Shown: one piece after another, positions 60,134 to 64,000 of the stretch
Numbering within the stretch: position 1 is the first letter of the stretch
How the letters are laid out: each line of letters starts with the position of its first letter
Assembly: GCA_963666485.2 (NCBI GenBank)
Contig: CAXXUO010000001.1
Span: 800,001 to 864,000, forward strand
Source of the DNA: Syntrophorhabdaceae bacterium
GTDB taxonomy: Bacteria > Desulfobacterota > Syntrophorhabdia > Syntrophorhabdales > Syntrophorhabdaceae
Direction of reading: 5' to 3'
Length of the DNA: 64,000 bases
Made by a program: the position numbers and the translations under genes
The notes under the pieces: model-generated
Told to the model about the DNA's origin: nothing
Database searches by the model: none
What the model saw: the letters and a program-made list of their open reading frames with translations, nothing else

Positions 60134-63100
60134 ATGGCCGTGCACACAAGAGTGAGGAGAGGGAGATATTCCCGGAAAAGACATGTTTGTGCCCTGATGG
60201 CTTTTGTTTTCATTCTTGCGTTGTTGCTGGCCGGCCCCTGCTATCCGGCCCGCACGTACGGCCCCGGCGACCCGCTCGTTGCCGTGATCCCGCCCGACTA
60301 CCCCCCAACCTATTTCAAGGACCCCGGGAGCGGGAAGGCGGCCGGCCTTGCCGTGGATATCATGGAGGGCATCGCCCGGGAGGCCGGGCTCAGCGTCACC
60401 TTTGTCTTTGGCAAACCGTGGGAGGACATCGAACAGATGCTGGAAGACGGGCGGGCCGACGCCATCCCGCTGCGCAGCCTGAACCCGAAGAATACCGAGC
60501 GTTTCCTGTTCACCGAACCTCTCGACGCAACCCCTATCAACTACGTGATCCGCAAAGGGTTCAAACAGGCTTTCCCGATACCCGTGGGAACGAGGGTAGG
60601 CGTTGTGAAAGGGGGAAGCCCGCAGACATATCTGAAAAAGGAAAAGCCAGAGCTCGTGCCCGTCCCTTATGAGGGCATGCACGAAGCCCTGCTCGAACTC
60701 CTGGCCGGGCGCGTCGATGTCATCTTTCTCTCCGCCGAGAACCTGGTCCACTATGCCCGCGCGGCGAACCTTGAAAACCGCATCGAGGTGGTACAGCCTC
60801 CAGCCATGGAGACCAAGCGGGCAATCGCCACGCGCAGGGATGACCCGATGCTGAACGAGCGGCTCAACCAGGCAATACGCCGGTACAAGGGCAGCCGGGA
60901 GGCCAAGGCCGCGTACGAGAAATGGCTTTCCGAAGAAAAGGACATCATCAGCATGCGCGAGATGGAATTGGCGGGCGCCGTCATTGCCGTGATCGTCGTG
61001 ATCGGACTCTTGTGGCACTACATCGCCTTAAGAAGGATGAGGGCGCGCGTGGCCGAAGAGAAACAGTTTATGCAGGACATGATCGACGCGGTCCCCGACC
61101 TGATCTTTTATAAGGACCAGAACGGTGTGTACCTGGGGTGCAACCGCTCCTTTTCAGTCGATTTCATCGGCCGGGAACGGTCTGATGTGGTCGGCAGAAC
61201 GGATTTAGACCTTTTCGGCAACCATGAACTGGCCGAATCGTTCCGCCAAAGGGACCGCGAAGCGATGGAGGAGGGAAAGTCCCGCACCAACGAAGAAGAG
61301 ATCGCCATGACGGACGGCAGGAACGTGGTGGTCGAAACGACCAAGACACCGTTTTTCAATAAGAGCGGTTCCGCGGCCGGCCTCATCGGTGTGTCACGGG
61401 ACATCACGAACCGCAAGCACGCGGAGGAAACCCTGCGGGAAAGCGAATCCCGGGTGCGCGCCATCACCGATGCGGCGCAGGACGCCATTATCATGCTCAA
61501 TTCGCGGGGCGCCGTCACCTATTGGAATCCCGCGGCCGCGTCGATCCTCGGCTACTCGTCTGAAGAAGCGATCGGCCGAAACCTCCATGATCTGTTCGCA
61601 CCGGAGAGATTCCTCGAAGCCCATCGCGCCGCGTTCGCCAGGTTCGTACAAACCGGCCAGGGCAATGCCGTCGGCAAGACCGTCGAGCTTGCCGCCCGGC
61701 GCAAGGACGGACAGGAGATCGCCGTCTCCCTTTCTCTTTCAGCCATCCTGATCGGCGGCGAATGGTGCGCCGTCGGGATCCTCCGCGACATAACCGAGCA
61801 GAAAAGGGCGGAAGAAGCGATCGCCCAGGCCCGCCGCGAACTGGAAAACGTTCTGGCCGCTGCGACCCAGGTCGCCATTATCGCCACGGACACGCACGGT
61901 CTCATCACGAACTGGAACACCGGTGCCGAGCGTATGCTGGGCTACACGGCAGCGGAGATGGTCGGCAAACAGACCCCGGCGCTCATCCATCTCGAATCGG
62001 AGATAGAGGCGCGCGGCAGGGCGCTCAGCGAGGAATTCGGAGGGCGTATCGAAGGCTTCGATGTTTTCGGTGCCAGGTCCCGGCGGGACGGGCACGAAGA
62101 GGGCGAGTGGACCTACGTCCGCAAGGACGGTTCACATGTGACCGTGAACCTGGCCGTGACCCCCGTGCGCGACGCGGCGGGGCTGGTCACGGGCTTTCTC
62201 GGTACGGCACTCGACATCACGGAACGCAAGCGTGCCGGGGAGGCACTGAAAAAGGTGTCCGAAAGACTGTCACTGGCAACCCAGGCCGGAGGCGTCGGCA
62301 TATGGGACTATGACGTTGTGAACAACACACTCGTCTGGGATGACCAGATGTTCCGCCTCTACGGGATAACAAGCGCACAGTTCGGCGGTGCTTACGAGGC
62401 ATGGCAGGCGGGGGTGCACCCCGAGGACCGCCGCCGGGGCGACGAAGAGATACAGCTTGCACTGCAGGGCACGAAAAACTTCGACACGGAGTTCCGCGTG
62501 CTCTGGCCTGACGATACCGTCCATAACATACGCGCGCTCGCCGTGGTCCAGCGCGACGCATCGGGCCGGCCCCTTCACATGATCGGGACGAACTGGGACA
62601 TAACGGACCGCAAAATGGCCGAGGAGGAAATAATCAGGGGAAAAGAACTGGCCGAGGCTGCCAACATGGCCAAGAGCGAGTTCCTCGCCAACATGAGTCA
62701 CGAGATACGCACCCCGATGAACGGGGTCATCGGCATGACGGGGCTTCTGCTCGACACGGAACTGACGCCCACGCAGCGCCACTATGCGGAAACGGTGCGG
62801 TCGAGCGGGGAATCACTTCTCACGCTCATCAACGACATCCTCGATTTTTCCAAGATCGAGGCGGGGAAGCTCGACCTCGAGACCCTCGATTTCGACCTGC
62901 GCGCCCTTCTTGAGGACTTCGGCACACTGATGTCCGCCCACGCCCACGAAAAGGGCCTCGAGTTCACCAGTGTCGCGGAGCCTGACGTACCGACCCTTCT
63001 GCGGGGGGACCCCGGGCGCTTACGACAGGTACTCACGAACCTGTCCGGTAATGCCATCAAATTCACCCAGCATGGCGAGGTTATCGTGCGGGCCGCCCTG

Positions 63101-64000
63101 GTGTCCGAAGAGGGCGATGAGGCGGTGATCCGTTTCTCCGTCAGGGATACGGGCATCGGGATCTCTCCAGAGAAGCAGGGGCATCTCTTTCACAAGTTCA
63201 CCCAGGTGGACGCATCGACGACGCGCAGGTACGGCGGCACGGGGCTCGGGCTCGCCATATCCCGGCAGCTGGCCGGGATGATGGGGGGTGAGATCGGCGT
63301 CATCAGCGAGGAGGGCACGGGCTCGGAATTCTGGTTCACGGTCCGTATGGGCAAACGTGCCGAGGACGCCCGAATCGAACCAGCAGATTTCGCCGGTCTC
63401 GGCAACGTACGCATCCTCGTTGTGGACGACTCGGCCGTGAACCGCGAACTGGTCATTACCCAGCTTGCGTCGCTGAACGCACGGGGAGAAGAGGCACATG
63501 ACGGCCCCTCGGCCCTTCAGATGATCCACCGGGCGCGGGAAGCGGGTGATCCTTTCCGGATAGCGGTCATAGACATGCAAATGCCCGGCATGGACGGTAT
63601 TGCGCTGGCGCGGGCCATCAAAGCCGATGAGGCTACCGCCCAAACGCGCCTCGTTCTCTTTTCTTCCCTTGCCCAGCGGGGTGACGCAAAGAAGATGGCC
63701 GGGGCGGGATTCTCCGGCTACCTGACAAAACCGCTGCGGCGAAAAGAGCTCCTCGATTGCCTCTCGGCAGTTCTGGGGGGAGTCGACCTTCCCCGCGAGG
63801 CCCGGCCGCTCGTCACGCGCCACTCGGTCCGTGAGATGCACAGGGGGGCCACCCGCATCCTCCTCGCCGAGGACAACATAACAAACCAGCAGGTGGCCAT
63901 GGCGATCCTCAAAAAACTGGGCTTCAGGGTCGATGCCGTCGCCAACGGGGCGGAGGCGCTCAAGGCCCTCGAGGCCATTCCCTACGACCTCGTCCTGATG
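60134..64000 (+). CDS. Hybrid sensor kinase: periplasmic solute-binding (family 3-like) domain, TM, ~4 PAS, HisKA, HATPase, 2 REC (runs off window end)
   Basis: Manual translation gives leader [21 protein letters not shown]...[37 protein letters not shown] and [11 protein letters not shown]. Frame checked at start, H-box and window end. Start could be 60134, 60152 or 60197. Confidence 0.88.
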   Translation, partial: MAVHTRVRRGRYSRKRHVCALMAFVFILALLLAGPCYPARTYGPGDPLVAVIPPDYPPTYFKDPGSGKAAGLAVDIMEGIAREAGLSVTFVFGKPWEDIEQMLEDGRADAIPLRSLNPKNTERFLFTEPLDATPINYVIRKGFKQAFPIPVGTRVGVVKGGSPQTYLKKEKPELVPVPYEGMHEALLELLAGRVDVIFLSAENLVHYARAANLENRIEVVQPPAMETKRAIATRRDDPMLNERLNQAIRRYKGSREAKAAYEKWLSEEKDIISMREMELAGAVIAVIVVIGLLWHYIALRRMRARVAEEKQFMQDMIDAVPDLIFYKDQNGVYLGCNRSFSVDFIGRERSDVVGRTDLDLFGNHELAESFRQRDREAMEEGKSRTNEEEIAMTDGRNVVVETTKTPFFNKSGSAAGLIGVSRDITNRKHAEETLRESESRVRAITDAAQDAIIMLNSRGAVTYWNPAAASILGYSSEEAIGRNLHDLFAPERFLEAHRAAFARFVQTGQGNAVGKTVELAARRKDGQEIAVSLSLSAILIGGEWCAVGILRDITEQKRAEEAIAQARRELENVLAAATQVAIIATDTHGLITNWNTGAERMLGYTAAEMVGKQTPALIHLESEIEARGRALSEEFGGRIEGFDVFGARSRRDGHEEGEWTYVRKDGSHVTVNLAVTPVRDAAGLVTGFLGTALDITERKRAGEALKKVSERLSLATQAGGVGIWDYDVVNNTLVWDDQMFRLYGITSAQFGGAYEAWQAGVHPEDRRRGDEEIQLALQGTKNFDTEFRVLWPDDTVHNIRALAVVQRDASGRPLHMIGTNWDITDRKMAEEEIIRGKELAEAANMAKSEFLANMSHEIRTPMNGVIGMTGLLLDTELTPTQRHYAETVRSSGESLLTLINDILDFSKIEAGKLDLETLDFDLRALLEDFGTLMSAHAHEKGLEFTSVAEPDVPTLLRGDPGRLRQVLTNLSGNAIKFTQHGEVIVRAALVSEEGDEAVIRFSVRDTGIGISPEKQGHLFHKFTQVDASTTRRYGGTGLGLAISRQLAGMMGGEIGVISEEGTGSEFWFTVRMGKRAEDARIEPADFAGLGNVRILVVDDSAVNRELVITQLASLNARGEEAHDGPSALQMIHRAREAGDPFRIAVIDMQMPGMDGIALARAIKADEATAQTRLVLFSSLAQRGDAKKMAGAGFSGYLTKPLRRKELLDCLSAVLGGVDLPREARPLVTRHSVREMHRGATRILLAEDNITNQQVAMAILKKLGFRVDAVANGAEALKALEAIPYDLVLM

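Overview
This is a GC-rich bacterial chromosome segment. The gene content suggests an anaerobe, possibly Desulfobacterota-like (weak inference). Core part (1-19.7 kb): a minus-strand pentose phosphate operon (gnd, tkt, tal, partial zwf) diverges from a complete E. coli-type complex I operon (nuoA, B, fused CD, E-N), followed by rpiB and tRNA-Leu(TAG). The tRNA 3' half recurs three times downstream with increasing decay (22836, 28280, 32259). These copies delimit integrase-less islets carrying (1) a PAS hybrid kinase, (2) a fluoride riboswitch ahead of a dynamin-like GTPase and a cation:proton antiporter, plus DUF1254 and a hypothetical gene, and (3) a Fur-family regulator, katG and a methyltransferase. 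Further accessory genes follow: an anSME/Ser-type sulfatase pair, an ECF-sigma metal-stress-like operon ending in chrA, a GNAT-like gene, a second hybrid kinase and exported hydrolases. The most striking locus is 49.9-59.7 kb, an apparent operon of signal-peptide proteins: a trypsin-like protease, an unknown helical protein, an M48 metalloprotease-TPR and two TPR-CHAT caspase-like proteases. The two CHAT genes have divergent TPR arrays but an 830-bp identical catalytic region. The window ends inside a large hybrid sensor kinase. All calls come from reading motifs by eye; no database search was run.
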